From: an uncultured Desulfobacterales bacterium
GTDB taxonomy: Bacteria; Desulfobacterota; Desulfobacteria; Desulfobacterales; Desulfobacteraceae
Length of the DNA: 64,000 nt
Reading direction: 5' to 3'
Assembly (NCBI GenBank): GCA_964539635.1
Contig: CAZIJN010000005.1
Location: 78,765 to 142,764, forward strand
The notes beneath the pieces are model-generated. The model was not told the origin of the DNA and made no database searches. It saw nothing but the letters and a program-made list of their open reading frames with translations. Both the position numbers and the translations under genes were made by a program. Position 1 is the stretch's first letter. Every line of letters starts with the position of its first letter. This document shows, one piece after another, positions 28,401-38,229 of the stretch.

Positions 28401-28625
28401 GAAAATATCTCTCTACTGCTGTTCAAAAATTTCAATTAGTTTGTTTTACATATTTTATCTTTATTTACTTCTTTCCTGACTTATAAATGGTTCAGTTTTG
28501 ATAATAGTATAATAAAGTAGTGTTATAGGCTACAATCTTTTGAAATATTGCAATATGATTCAACAATATGCTACTGTTATTTATTTGAAATTATATTAAA
28601 AATCCTAAAAATCAGGAGAACCGTT

Positions 28626-31208
28626 ATGACACATCAATTTACATCAACTGATTCAAATGAGTGTTCCAAGCCTTACGGCGATCTTAAAGATAATATCTGC
28701 CGCCATATTCTTGCGACACTTGGTGCAGACCCTTCACGCACAAGCAAGTACAACTGCTTTACCGGTCTTGCATTCAGCGTAAGAGAGAGGCTTATCAGAC
28801 AATGGATTGATACGCAGCGAGCCTGTTATGATAACCTTGCAAAAAGGGTCTATTATCTATCATTAGAGTTTCTGCCGGGCAGATTTTTAAAAAATTATCT
28901 TATAAGTCTTGGCATGGAAGAGGAGGCTGAACAGACTCTTGATGAGATGGGATTTGATATTAACGAAATTGAGGAAGAGGAGTGGGACTCAGGGCTTGGA
29001 AACGGCGGGCTTGGACGGCTTGCATCTTGCTACATGGACTCAATGGCACGACTTCGTCTGGCTGGTTATGGCTACGGAATACGTTATGATTACGGAATAT
29101 TCCACCAAGTTATCAAAAATGGATATCAGACTGAAGAGAGCGACAACTGGATGCGCCGCGGCAATCCATGGGAGATAAAACGGCGTGATAATGTCTATAA
29201 AGTCTCATTTTACGGCAGAACAGAGACATACTCAGATGAAACAGGACGGCTCCGCCACAGATGGGTTGGAACAGACAGCGTAATGGCTATGCCTTGCGAT
29301 ATCTTTATACCCGGATATACTCCAAAATCAGATTCTAACTCTTCAGATTCTGATCCTAAAGACAAATCAGATTTCTGCTTTGTTACCAATATGCGTCTTT
29401 GGGTTGCCAAATCGAGCCGTGAGTTTGAGCTTGATTACTTTAATCAGGGCAACTATGTCGGAGCTGTAGAGAATAAAGTTTTGAGCGAAACAATCTCTAA
29501 AGTTCTATATCCAAGCGATGAGCAGGAGAAAGGAAGAGAGTTGAGATTGCGGCAGCAATACTTTTTTGTATGTGCAACTCTTCAAGATATATTTAGACGC
29601 TATAAAAAACAGAACCGTACATTTACAAGTTTTCCTGAATTTGTTGCAATCCAGCTTAATGATACACATCCTTCAATTGCCATTCCTGAACTTATGAGAA
29701 TTTTGATAGATGATGAGGGATTAGAGTGGAAAGATGCATGGAATATATGTGTAAACACCTTTGCATATACAAACCACACAGTTCTGCCAGAAGCTCTTGA
29801 GACTTGGCCCGTTGATATGCTCGGGCGTATTCTGCCGAGGCATCTTGAGATTATTTTTGATATAAACCAATACTTTCTTGAAGAGGTTAAAAAAGCGTTT
29901 CCAAATGAGCCTGAACTTGCATCTCAGATGTCAATCATAAAAGACGGGGATAGAAAAGTCGTAAGAATGGCACATCTTGCAATTGTTGGCAGCCACTCTG
30001 TAAACGGAGTTGCAGCACTTCACACGCAGATTATTAAGCAGGGTATGTTCAAGCCGTTTGACCGCATGTTTCCGGGAAAAATAAAAAATATCACCAACGG
30101 CATCACGCCAAGAAGATGGCTCTATCAGGCAAATCCTGCTCTATCTGATCTTATCACATCTGCTATTGGTTCAGATTGGATAGAAAATCTTGACCACTTA
30201 AAAAAACTTATTCCGCTTGCAGATGATGCACAGTTTAGAACAGACTGGATAGCTGTTAAACAGGAAAATAAAAAGAGGCTTGCACATTACGTTCTTAGAA
30301 AGACCGGTTTGATAATTAATGTAAACAGCCTTGTTGATGTGCATGTAAAAAGAATACATGAGTATAAAAGACAGCTTCTCAATGTTCTTCATGTTATTAC
30401 TTTGTATAACCGCATAAAATCTGGTGCTGTAATTAAAGATGATTTACTATCAAAAGGTTCTTCTTCTGCCAAGTCTGATGTTGATGGTTTTTTTAAGAGC
30501 GTGCCGCGGACAGTTATATTTGCAGGAAAGGCAGCTCCAGCATATTTTCAGGCAAAACTTATTATTAAGCTCATCAACTCTGTTAGTGACAAGCTGAATC
30601 GTGATCCGCAGATTCAAAAGCATCTTAAAGTGGTATTTCTTCCTAACTACTGCATCTCACAGGCTGAAAAGGTTATTCCGGCAGCAGACCTTTCTGAGCA
30701 GATTTCAACTGCTGGAATGGAGGCATCTGGAACTGGAAATATGAAGTTTGCACTCAATGGTGCCCTTACTATCGGCACACTTGATGGTGCTAATGTGGAA
30801 ATCATGCAGGAGGTTGGAAAGGATAATATATTTATTTTTGGACTTAATGCAGAGCAGGTAGCCTCAACAAGAGATAGAGGGTACAATCCGCGTAAATTTT
30901 ATGAGGAAGACCCTGAACTGAAACAGGTTATTGATATGATTGGCGGCGGATTTTTCTCGCCGGAAAATCCTGATCTCTTTACCCCGATTGTCCGCTCTCT
31001 TCTGGATCAGGGCGATTACTACATGCTTCTTGCAGACTACCGCTCATACGTTGAAGCACAAGATGCAGTCCGCAAGGCTTATAATGATCCTCACGATTGG
31101 GCAAAAAAATCTATATTAAATACAGCAAATATGGGTAAGTTTTCCAGCGATAGAGCTGTTATGCAGTACGCAGAAAATATATGGAACATTACGCCATTGA
31201 ATATATAA
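28626..31208 (+). CDS. glgP: Glycogen/maltodextrin phosphorylase
   Basis: LGNGGLGRLASCY, QLNDTHP, PLP site EASGTGNMKF; ATG 28626 follows AGGAG RBS. Confidence 0.95.
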   Translation: MTHQFTSTDSNECSKPYGDLKDNICRHILATLGADPSRTSKYNCFTGLAFSVRERLIRQWIDTQRACYDNLAKRVYYLSLEFLPGRFLKNYLISLGMEEEAEQTLDEMGFDINEIEEEEWDSGLGNGGLGRLASCYMDSMARLRLAGYGYGIRYDYGIFHQVIKNGYQTEESDNWMRRGNPWEIKRRDNVYKVSFYGRTETYSDETGRLRHRWVGTDSVMAMPCDIFIPGYTPKSDSNSSDSDPKDKSDFCFVTNMRLWVAKSSREFELDYFNQGNYVGAVENKVLSETISKVLYPSDEQEKGRELRLRQQYFFVCATLQDIFRRYKKQNRTFTSFPEFVAIQLNDTHPSIAIPELMRILIDDEGLEWKDAWNICVNTFAYTNHTVLPEALETWPVDMLGRILPRHLEIIFDINQYFLEEVKKAFPNEPELASQMSIIKDGDRKVVRMAHLAIVGSHSVNGVAALHTQIIKQGMFKPFDRMFPGKIKNITNGITPRRWLYQANPALSDLITSAIGSDWIENLDHLKKLIPLADDAQFRTDWIAVKQENKKRLAHYVLRKTGLIINVNSLVDVHVKRIHEYKRQLLNVLHVITLYNRIKSGAVIKDDLLSKGSSSAKSDVDGFFKSVPRTVIFAGKAAPAYFQAKLIIKLINSVSDKLNRDPQIQKHLKVVFLPNYCISQAEKVIPAADLSEQISTAGMEASGTGNMKFALNGALTIGTLDGANVEIMQEVGKDNIFIFGLNAEQVASTRDRGYNPRKFYEEDPELKQVIDMIGGGFFSPENPDLFTPIVRSLLDQGDYYMLLADYRSYVEAQDAVRKAYNDPHDWAKKSILNTANMGKFSSDRAVMQYAENIWNITPLNI

Positions 31209-31241
31209 GAGTTTTGTTATCAGTGGGTGATTTACAGTTTT

Positions 31242-31562
31242 TTATTCAGCTCTCTTAACCTGTGTTGCGTAAATGCTCTGGACATCACCCTCTTGACTAA
31301 CCATGCCGACAACAGCAACTCTTTTTTCGTTAAATCCGCCAACCTGATCGCATGGGATTATGTAGATGTTATCTTCTACTATAACACCGCACACATCGTC
31401 AGCTTGAATAACAGTTCCTTTAATTATAACCTCTTTGCTATTACTGCTGCTGTTTAGAACTTCATCAGCAATTACAGGGTTTACCATTGAACTGACAGCA
31501 AGCATTATAAATATACCTGCAGCAACAAAACGTGCTGTTTTTAAAATCCAAACCAGTTTCAT
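31242..31562 (-). CDS. Small exported protein, possibly OB-fold-like; unknown function
   Basis: Signal peptide ending PVIA-D; beta-rich mature part; GGAG RBS; sigma54-type promoter upstream. Confidence 0.65.
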   Translation of the reverse strand: MKLVWILKTARFVAAGIFIMLAVSSMVNPVIADEVLNSSSNSKEVIIKGTVIQADDVCGVIVEDNIYIIPCDQVGGFNEKRVAVVGMVSQEGDVQSIYATQVKRAE

Positions 31563-31679
31563 AATTTAATATCTCCTTGTATGATTGATACTTGTGTAAT
31601 TAATACTCGTATTATTGGTAATATATAGCTGGTGATAACCACCAATTGTTCATCTATGATTTTTAATCATAGACATGTT

Positions 31680-31696
31680 AGCAATAACTGTACCAA
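31680..31696 (-). promoter_or_regulatory. Sigma54 (-24/-12) promoter, with IHF consensus at 31715-31727
   Basis: Minus strand TTGGTAC-AGTTA-TTGCT; aatcaa-agta-tta matches WATCAAN4TTR just upstream. Confidence 0.7.
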
Positions 31697-31863
31697 TATT
31701 TTAAACAATCAGTAAATCAAAGTATTACAAGGAGAATTAGTTGTGTAGAAGAGCTTTTTAGCTTTTTCTCTTACGATTAAAATTACAAAATTTTCACATT
31801 TTTCATAGCAATGTACGGATTTTACTCAATTCTATTATTTGCACCTAAATTTGCATCTGATAT

Positions 31864-33804
31864 TTATCTTAAACATCGTTCAATCTGGTTGATAAATCTG
31901 CTTTTCATGGAATACTGCCCTTTTCTGTATTCTGAATAAGATAGATAGAGACGCTTTTCTGCTCTTGTCATAGCAACATACATAAGCCTTCTCTCCTCCT
32001 GAACAGCCTTATCTCCAGAGTCAATCGAACGCCAATGTGGAAATAGATTCTCCTCACACCCAACTACAAACACAGTATCAAACTCTAAGCCCTTAGCAGA
32101 GTGGATAGTTAAAAGTGCAACGCAGTCTTGTTTTTCATTATCATCAGACTCCTCTTTATCCTCTCTAATCAGTGCAGCCTCTTCTAAATACTCTAAAATA
32201 TCTGCCTTATCTTTTGCTGTGTGCCACAACTGCTCAAGGTTCTCCTTTTTTGAGATAAACTCATCTTGATTTTTTACCTGCTGCCTTAAATATTCGTAAT
32301 AGTCAGTTCGTTCGATAACTGTTTGAATAGCTGTTGCAGGCTCTAAATCACGGATATCATCAATTATGGAAATAAGTTCAGATAGCTGTTCGTGTATCTT
32401 TTTTGCAAGAATCCTCTCTTTTACCATTACCCTTGCACAATCTTGAAGACTCATGCCCTCGAGCCGCAGCTTTCCCATCTCCTTTATTTTAGCAGGACCA
32501 ATGCCTCTTTTGGGCGTGTTGATAATTCTCTCAAAAGAGACATCATCTTTAGGAAATAGTGATGCTGCCAAATAGGAGTTGATATCCATAACCTCCATGC
32601 GTTCAAAAAAGCCTTGTGATCCCATAAGTTTGTATGGAATCTTGAACATGCGGAAATTTTTCTCAAATGGAAGAGAGCAGAATTTTGTTCTGTAAACAAC
32701 AGCCATCTTTTCAAAAGGAATGCCCTCACCACGCTGATTTAGAGCTTTTATCCTGCTTGATACCCATTGAGCTTCGTCAATATCAGATGAAAAATCATAA
32801 ATCTCAACCTTGCCGCCCTGTTTTATTGAGAAGCAGCGTTTATCCATCTTGTCTTTGTTAAAGTCGATCAACCCGTTGGCAACTTGAACAATCTCATCTG
32901 CAGAACGATAATTCTGCTCTAATCTAAATACCCGTGCATTTTTATACCGTTTGGGAAATTCGAGAAAATGGCTCACATTGCTGCCGCGAAATCCATAAAC
33001 AGCCTGCCAGTCATCTCCCACACAAAAAAGATTACCGTGAGAGCCAAGCAGCAGGCGAGTCAGCTCATCTTGCAGATTATTTGTATCTTGATATTCATCA
33101 ACAAGAATATGAGTAAAATAGTCTCTGTAATAATCCCCTACTCTTACCTCCTTATCTCCTACTCTTACCTTGCTGTTATCTCGTAATATATCTCTTGTTT
33201 TAAGTAAAATATTATCAAAATCAACGCTGTTAGCCTCCATTAATTTCTCTTCATACTGTTTAAAAAGTTCGTAAGCCCTTACATGCACACCCATCATTCT
33301 TGGATGCTCATCAAAATATCGTTCAGGATTAGCAGAATTTTTTGCATGAGATATGATAGATAGAAGATTTGAAGCATGTTTTTTTTCAAGATTGTAATTG
33401 AGAAGTATCTGTTCAGACAGCTTTTTTTGATGATACAGAGTGCATATCTGTATAGGCTCTTTATATCCTGCAAGTTCACAATGTCTTTTTAATATCATAA
33501 GACAGGCTGAATGGTAGGTTCTAACCCAAGGAAAATCTGCATAGCCTTTACCAGTCAGTTCGTAAAGGCGGCTTTTCATCTCATCTGCTGCCTTGTTTGT
33601 AAATGTGATTGCAAGGATTCGTTTTGATGCAGATCGTGAGGCATTTTCTCTATTTATAATATCAACTATCTTTGCCGTAAGAGTTCGTGTTTTTCCTGAT
33701 CCTGCACCAGCAACTACCAAAGCTGGCGAGCCGTAATGCTCTATGGCTTGTTTTTGCTGTTCTGATAGTTCTATCTGTTTTGATCCGTTTTTTTTTTGTT
33801 CCAA
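31864..33804 (-). CDS. pcrA: PcrA/UvrD-family ATP-dependent DNA helicase
   Basis: VAGAGSGKTRTL, LVDEYQDTN, VGDDWQAVYGFRGS, LEQNYRS, TIHSAKGLEF, EERRLMYVAMTRA. Confidence 0.9.
   Translation of the reverse strand: MEQKKNGSKQIELSEQQKQAIEHYGSPALVVAGAGSGKTRTLTAKIVDIINRENASRSASKRILAITFTNKAADEMKSRLYELTGKGYADFPWVRTYHSACLMILKRHCELAGYKEPIQICTLYHQKKLSEQILLNYNLEKKHASNLLSIISHAKNSANPERYFDEHPRMMGVHVRAYELFKQYEEKLMEANSVDFDNILLKTRDILRDNSKVRVGDKEVRVGDYYRDYFTHILVDEYQDTNNLQDELTRLLLGSHGNLFCVGDDWQAVYGFRGSNVSHFLEFPKRYKNARVFRLEQNYRSADEIVQVANGLIDFNKDKMDKRCFSIKQGGKVEIYDFSSDIDEAQWVSSRIKALNQRGEGIPFEKMAVVYRTKFCSLPFEKNFRMFKIPYKLMGSQGFFERMEVMDINSYLAASLFPKDDVSFERIINTPKRGIGPAKIKEMGKLRLEGMSLQDCARVMVKERILAKKIHEQLSELISIIDDIRDLEPATAIQTVIERTDYYEYLRQQVKNQDEFISKKENLEQLWHTAKDKADILEYLEEAALIREDKEESDDNEKQDCVALLTIHSAKGLEFDTVFVVGCEENLFPHWRSIDSGDKAVQEERRLMYVAMTRAEKRLYLSYSEYRKGQYSMKSRFINQIERCLR
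33137..33181 (-). repeat. In-frame 21-bp duplication in pcrA
   Basis: cctactcttacct at 33137 and 33158; encodes ..KVRVGDKEVRVGD.. Confidence 0.7.
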
Positions 33805-33868
33805 TTTTATTTATTCCAGTTATTTTTATTATTTTTTTTAAATTACTATATCCAAATGGAATAGCTGC

Positions 33869-33897
33869 TTGACTCACAAGAGTTCTTACAATATATA
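33869..33897 (+). promoter_or_regulatory. Candidate sigma70 promoter for the ehr operon
   Basis: TTGACT-17 bp-TATATA about 80 bp before the hyfB start. Confidence 0.4.
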
Positions 33898-33975
33898 AAT
33901 TTACATTTTCATTCCACAATTAAATTTAGGCTGCTAAGTTAAAAATTAAACTACTTAATCTAAGTTGAGGACAGC

Positions 33976-36084
33976 ATGAATCTTTTTTTTCTCTCTCTTT
34001 TAATAATACTCTCTGGAGGAGTTGCCGCTCCTCTGTTAAATCGTAGTTTTACCACTATGAAATTGACGGCTGTCAGCACAATGATTGTTGGTTCTATTAT
34101 AGGTCTTATTGACGCAGGCTCTAAGCTGATGAGACAATCTAAAATAATAGATTCATACGATTATACAGCATCATTAAGTTATCTAAAATCTTTTACATTC
34201 TCATTTCAGATCGATAACTTGTCGGCTTTTTTTTTGGTTATTATCTTTGGTATCTCATTAATGGCATCAATTTACAGTTTCCATTACATGGATAAGCCTG
34301 AAAAGAATCTTGCCACTGCTGTAAAATACTTTTTATTCAGCCTGCTTATAGTATCCATGTGCCTTGTTGTAACTGGCTCGAACATGATAGCTTTTATGCT
34401 TTCATGGGAGATGATGTCGCTCTCCTCATTTTTCTTAGTAATATATAATTACAAAACGCATGATAACCGAAGAGCCGGTTATCTATATTTTGTATTTTCC
34501 CATGTTGGAGCTATGTTTATACTATCTGCTTTTGGGATTTTATACTCATTTACCGGCTCTTTTAGTTTTCAAGATATTGCAGCTCTATCATCAGGAGCTT
34601 TATCGGAAAATATCCAGCTTATTATTTTTCTTCTTGCTTTTATCGGATTTGGCTCTAAGGCTGGTGTTTTTCCCTTTCATGTATGGCTGCCTTATGCCCA
34701 CCCGGCAGCACCAAGCCACATATCAGCAATAATGTCTGGCGTGATGATTAAAACTGGAATTTACGGCATTATAAGAATCTATTCGCTTCTTAATTTATCT
34801 TCACCAATTATGGGAGACAATGGACTGATTATAGGCAGCTCTCAGTTTATAGGACACATAGTTGTTATAGCTGGAGTTGTTTCAGGCGTTCTTGGAGTTG
34901 TATATGCTTTAGGACAGCATGACATAAAAAGGCTTTTAGCATATCACAGCGTTGAGAATATCGGCATTATTCTTATTGGAATTGGAATTGGTATGGTTGG
35001 CGTGTCGTCTGCAAATCCTATTATGGCACTATTGGGTTTTTCAGGCGGGCTTTTTCATGTTCTTAATCATGCGATATTTAAATCTCTTCTTTTTATGGGT
35101 GCAGGAGTTGTGCTTCATAAAACAGGTTCCCGCTCCATTGATGCACTTGGCGGTCTTATAAAGAATATGCGGGTAACCGGCACAACGTTTCTTATCGGCT
35201 CGCTTGCGATTTCAGGACTTCCTCCGTTTAACGGTTTTGCGAGTGAGTTTTTTATCTATATGGGAGGTTTCAAAGGTATTGGCATGAACAGCGGTGCACT
35301 AAATGATGCTGCTTTGGCTGGATTTTCAGTTAATCAATTTGCCATAAGCCGATTGACATTTGGCACTACAGCTTTTGCGGTTGTAAGTCTTGCTGTTATA
35401 GGAGGTCTTGCGTTAGCCTGTTTTACTAAAGTTGTAGGAGTTGTATTTCAAGGAGAGCCTCGAACTCGTGCTGCTGAAAACGTAAATGAAAAAGGTTTTG
35501 CAATGCTGTTCCCAATGGTTGTTCTTGCAGTTTTATGTCTTGCTATCGGTGTTTTCCCTGAATCTGCACTTTTGATGTGTATGAATGCAGTATCCTCTTT
35601 AAATATTGCCAATCTTGGAACAGCATCAGGAGTTCTTGCTATGACAACCAGAATGGTTGAGATGGCAGGAACTATTTCAGGCGGTGCCTTGCTCTTTATC
35701 TCAACTATTTTATCTATTCTGATGCTTCGCAATTTTGCATACAAAAACAAACCAATTACCACATCATCTACTTGGGGGTGCGGATTTACAAGACCTACCG
35801 TAAAAATGCAATACACAGGAACATCTTATGCTGCTTCAATTGTGGAATTTTTTAGACCATTTGCACCCGTCCATGAAGATCATGCTCCTGTAAAAGGCAG
35901 AATGGCTGGACGGTCGCATTATCAGAGCCATATCAACGATATTGCAGAGCTTTATATGGATAAAGTAACTCTCAAGCCTGTGATGTTTCTGTTTGACAAG
36001 CTCCACTGGATTCAGCACGGAGATATTCATCTGTATATCGGATACATACTTCTTGCCATAGTTGTAGCGATGTTTTTTGTGTGA
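33976..36084 (+). CDS. hyfB: Ehr/hydrogenase-4 antiporter-like membrane subunit (HyfB/NuoL-like)
   Basis: WEMMSLSSFFL, FPFHVWLPYAHPAAPSHISA, KRLLAYHSVENIG, TWGCG. Confidence 0.9.
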   Translation: MNLFFLSLLIILSGGVAAPLLNRSFTTMKLTAVSTMIVGSIIGLIDAGSKLMRQSKIIDSYDYTASLSYLKSFTFSFQIDNLSAFFLVIIFGISLMASIYSFHYMDKPEKNLATAVKYFLFSLLIVSMCLVVTGSNMIAFMLSWEMMSLSSFFLVIYNYKTHDNRRAGYLYFVFSHVGAMFILSAFGILYSFTGSFSFQDIAALSSGALSENIQLIIFLLAFIGFGSKAGVFPFHVWLPYAHPAAPSHISAIMSGVMIKTGIYGIIRIYSLLNLSSPIMGDNGLIIGSSQFIGHIVVIAGVVSGVLGVVYALGQHDIKRLLAYHSVENIGIILIGIGIGMVGVSSANPIMALLGFSGGLFHVLNHAIFKSLLFMGAGVVLHKTGSRSIDALGGLIKNMRVTGTTFLIGSLAISGLPPFNGFASEFFIYMGGFKGIGMNSGALNDAALAGFSVNQFAISRLTFGTTAFAVVSLAVIGGLALACFTKVVGVVFQGEPRTRAAENVNEKGFAMLFPMVVLAVLCLAIGVFPESALLMCMNAVSSLNIANLGTASGVLAMTTRMVEMAGTISGGALLFISTILSILMLRNFAYKNKPITTSSTWGCGFTRPTVKMQYTGTSYAASIVEFFRPFAPVHEDHAPVKGRMAGRSHYQSHINDIAELYMDKVTLKPVMFLFDKLHWIQHGDIHLYIGYILLAIVVAMFFV

Positions 36085-36287
36085 ATTGGAGAAAATATAT
36101 TTATTTGAAAGATTTAAATAAAAAAAAAGAAGATGAAATATCCCAAAAATCAGATTTTATGAATCTTCCTTTGAATGAACGGCGTATGATAATGGAAGAA
36201 CAAGCCCAAAAGATGATTTTGCACTATCAGCAGAATATAGAAGAACGTCAGAATTGGCAATCTGGAGAGTTCAGTGATGAATATTAG
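36081..36287 (+). CDS. Putative antitoxin preceding a PemK/MazF toxin
   Basis: GTGA overlap with the hyfB stop; acidic 68 aa LPLNERRMIMEEQAQKM...WQSGEF; overlaps toxin start. Confidence 0.55.
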   Translation: MNWRKYIYLKDLNKKKEDEISQKSDFMNLPLNERRMIMEEQAQKMILHYQQNIEERQNWQSGEFSDEY

Positions 36288-36468
36288 TCGTGGTGATATT
36301 TGGAGAGTATGTCTTGACCCGACTGTCGGAGCAGAAATTAAAAAAAGCAGACCTGTTGTTGTTATCAGTTCAGATGCTGTTGGATTGTTGCCTATAAAAT
36401 TGGTAGCTCCACTCACCGAATGGAAAGACTACCTTGCTCGCAATATATGGCATATAAACCGTTGCTAA
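36277..36468 (+). pseudogene. Truncated PemK/MazF-family toxin (63 aa)
   Basis: SRGDIWRVCLDPTVGAEIKKSRPVVVIS signature; stops at about half the usual length. Confidence 0.8.
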
Positions 36469-36542
36469 TCAAGTGGTCAAGCAGATGAATATCACACTCA
36501 TCGCTTTTCTTATTGTTATAACAAAACTTTTGGAAAAAACTT

Positions 36543-37469
36543 ATGATTGAATCACTTTTACTATGGGTTATCGGGATTATCACCGCACCTTTTTTTTCTG
36601 CGGTGATTCTTAAAGTCAAGGCGTTCTTTGGAGGAAAAAAGGGACCGCCGATTTTTATCAACTACTACACTCTTATCAAGCTGTTTCAAAAAGGGTCGGT
36701 TTACAGCACAAGCACTACATTTATATTTAAACTCGGACCAGTCGTCTCTCTTGGTGCTGCTCTTACTGCCCTGATGTTTCTGCCTGTTTTTGGACATAGA
36801 CCGATATTCTCATTTGAGGGCGATGTCATCTTTGTGCTCTATCTTTTGGGATTAGGGCGTTTTTTCACAATTGCCGCTGCAATGGATACAGCATCACCAT
36901 TTGAAGGCATGGGAGCTGCAAGAGAGGCTTTTTTCCCAATTATCTGCGAAGCCACAATGTTTATGATCTGTATTCTGTTTTATAAACTTACAGGTAATTT
37001 AAGCCTTCAAAGCTATTTTGGAGGAGCGAATCCTTCATATCTTTGGAACATGGCTGGAACTTCAATAGTTTTTATTGTGATTGCACTATTTATTGTTCTT
37101 TTAACAGAAAACTCACGCGTTCCAGTTGACGATCCTGCAACTCATCTTGAACTTACCATGATCCATGAAGTTATGGTTCTTGATCACAGCGGACCTGATC
37201 TTGCCTTTATTGAACTGGGTGCTTTTACCAAACTGTTTTTCTATTCAACTATGATATCAAGCCTTATTATGCCTTTTCAACGAGATGGTATCTTTTCTCC
37301 TTATTCGCTGTTTTTGGGCTTTTTATCCATGATAGTTGTATATGGCTGCGTAGGAATCATGGAGTCTGTGGTTGCACGCTACAAAATGGATAAAGTCCCA
37401 AAATTTATTCTCACATCATTTGCATTAGCTTTTTTTGCCACAGTTATAACTATGGAATTTATAAAATAA
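36543..37469 (+). CDS. hyfC: Ehr/hydrogenase-4 NuoH-like membrane subunit
   Basis: KGPPIFINYYTLIKLF, SPFEGMGAARE, ENSRVPVDDPATHLELTMIHE. Confidence 0.9.
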   Translation: MIESLLLWVIGIITAPFFSAVILKVKAFFGGKKGPPIFINYYTLIKLFQKGSVYSTSTTFIFKLGPVVSLGAALTALMFLPVFGHRPIFSFEGDVIFVLYLLGLGRFFTIAAAMDTASPFEGMGAAREAFFPIICEATMFMICILFYKLTGNLSLQSYFGGANPSYLWNMAGTSIVFIVIALFIVLLTENSRVPVDDPATHLELTMIHEVMVLDHSGPDLAFIELGAFTKLFFYSTMISSLIMPFQRDGIFSPYSLFLGFLSMIVVYGCVGIMESVVARYKMDKVPKFILTSFALAFFATVITMEFIK

Positions 37470-37538
37470 TCAATATTCAGATTAGATTAATGCTTAATTG
37501 TTATTTGGATTTTTATAATATTTTGGGAGTTTGCCATT

Positions 37539-38180
37539 ATGAGTTATTCAGTTGACACTGTTCTATCTTTAGCACTTCTATCAAGTCTGTTTGCAATTTG
37601 TTCAAGCCGCCTTCCCGGACTTATCAAAATTGTCGGTTTTCAGGGTATAGTCGTATCTATTGTGCCGATATTTATTGAGTATAATGTAACCAGCGGTGCA
37701 GTAACTTTTTACATGTTTACCATGACGATTAGAGGAGTCATAATACCTCTGTCTATCTATCTTCTGATAAAAAAAATTGCAATCCGCCGGGAAGTTCAGC
37801 CTATAATAGGATATCACGCCTCTTTGTTTGCCGGTCTTCTTCTGATTGTTGCCTCCTCAATTATCAACCACAAACTTGATTTACCCGTAACTACAAACAG
37901 TGTTCTTCTTATGCCGACAGCCATTACGATTCTTGTAACTGGAATGTTTATTTTAATTGCAAGAAGAAATGCCATAGCTATGGTTCTCGGCTATATTATG
38001 ATGGAAAATGGAATATATCTTGTCGGAACGACATTTTCGATGGGAACGCACCATATTGTGGAGTTCGGCATTCTTCTTGATGTGCTTGCCGGAGTTATGA
38101 TTATGGCTATTATGCTTGAAAATATGAAACAAAAATTTGATGATGTTGACACCTCATTTTTAAGCGAATTAAAAGAGTAA
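37539..38180 (+). CDS. hyfE: Ehr/hydrogenase-4 HyfE-like membrane subunit
   Basis: VLGYIMMENGIY, VEFGILLDV; operon position. Confidence 0.85.
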   Translation: MSYSVDTVLSLALLSSLFAICSSRLPGLIKIVGFQGIVVSIVPIFIEYNVTSGAVTFYMFTMTIRGVIIPLSIYLLIKKIAIRREVQPIIGYHASLFAGLLLIVASSIINHKLDLPVTTNSVLLMPTAITILVTGMFILIARRNAIAMVLGYIMMENGIYLVGTTFSMGTHHIVEFGILLDVLAGVMIMAIMLENMKQKFDDVDTSFLSELKE

Positions 38181-38229
38181 CGATCCAACCCCTAAACATC
38201 TTAATTTTAAGGAGATAGATTTTCTCATC

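Noticed and set aside
33788-33797. A10 tract at the pcrA 5' end as a phase-variation switch
   Set aside because: A/T runs are common in this AT-rich sequence and the gene is in frame.
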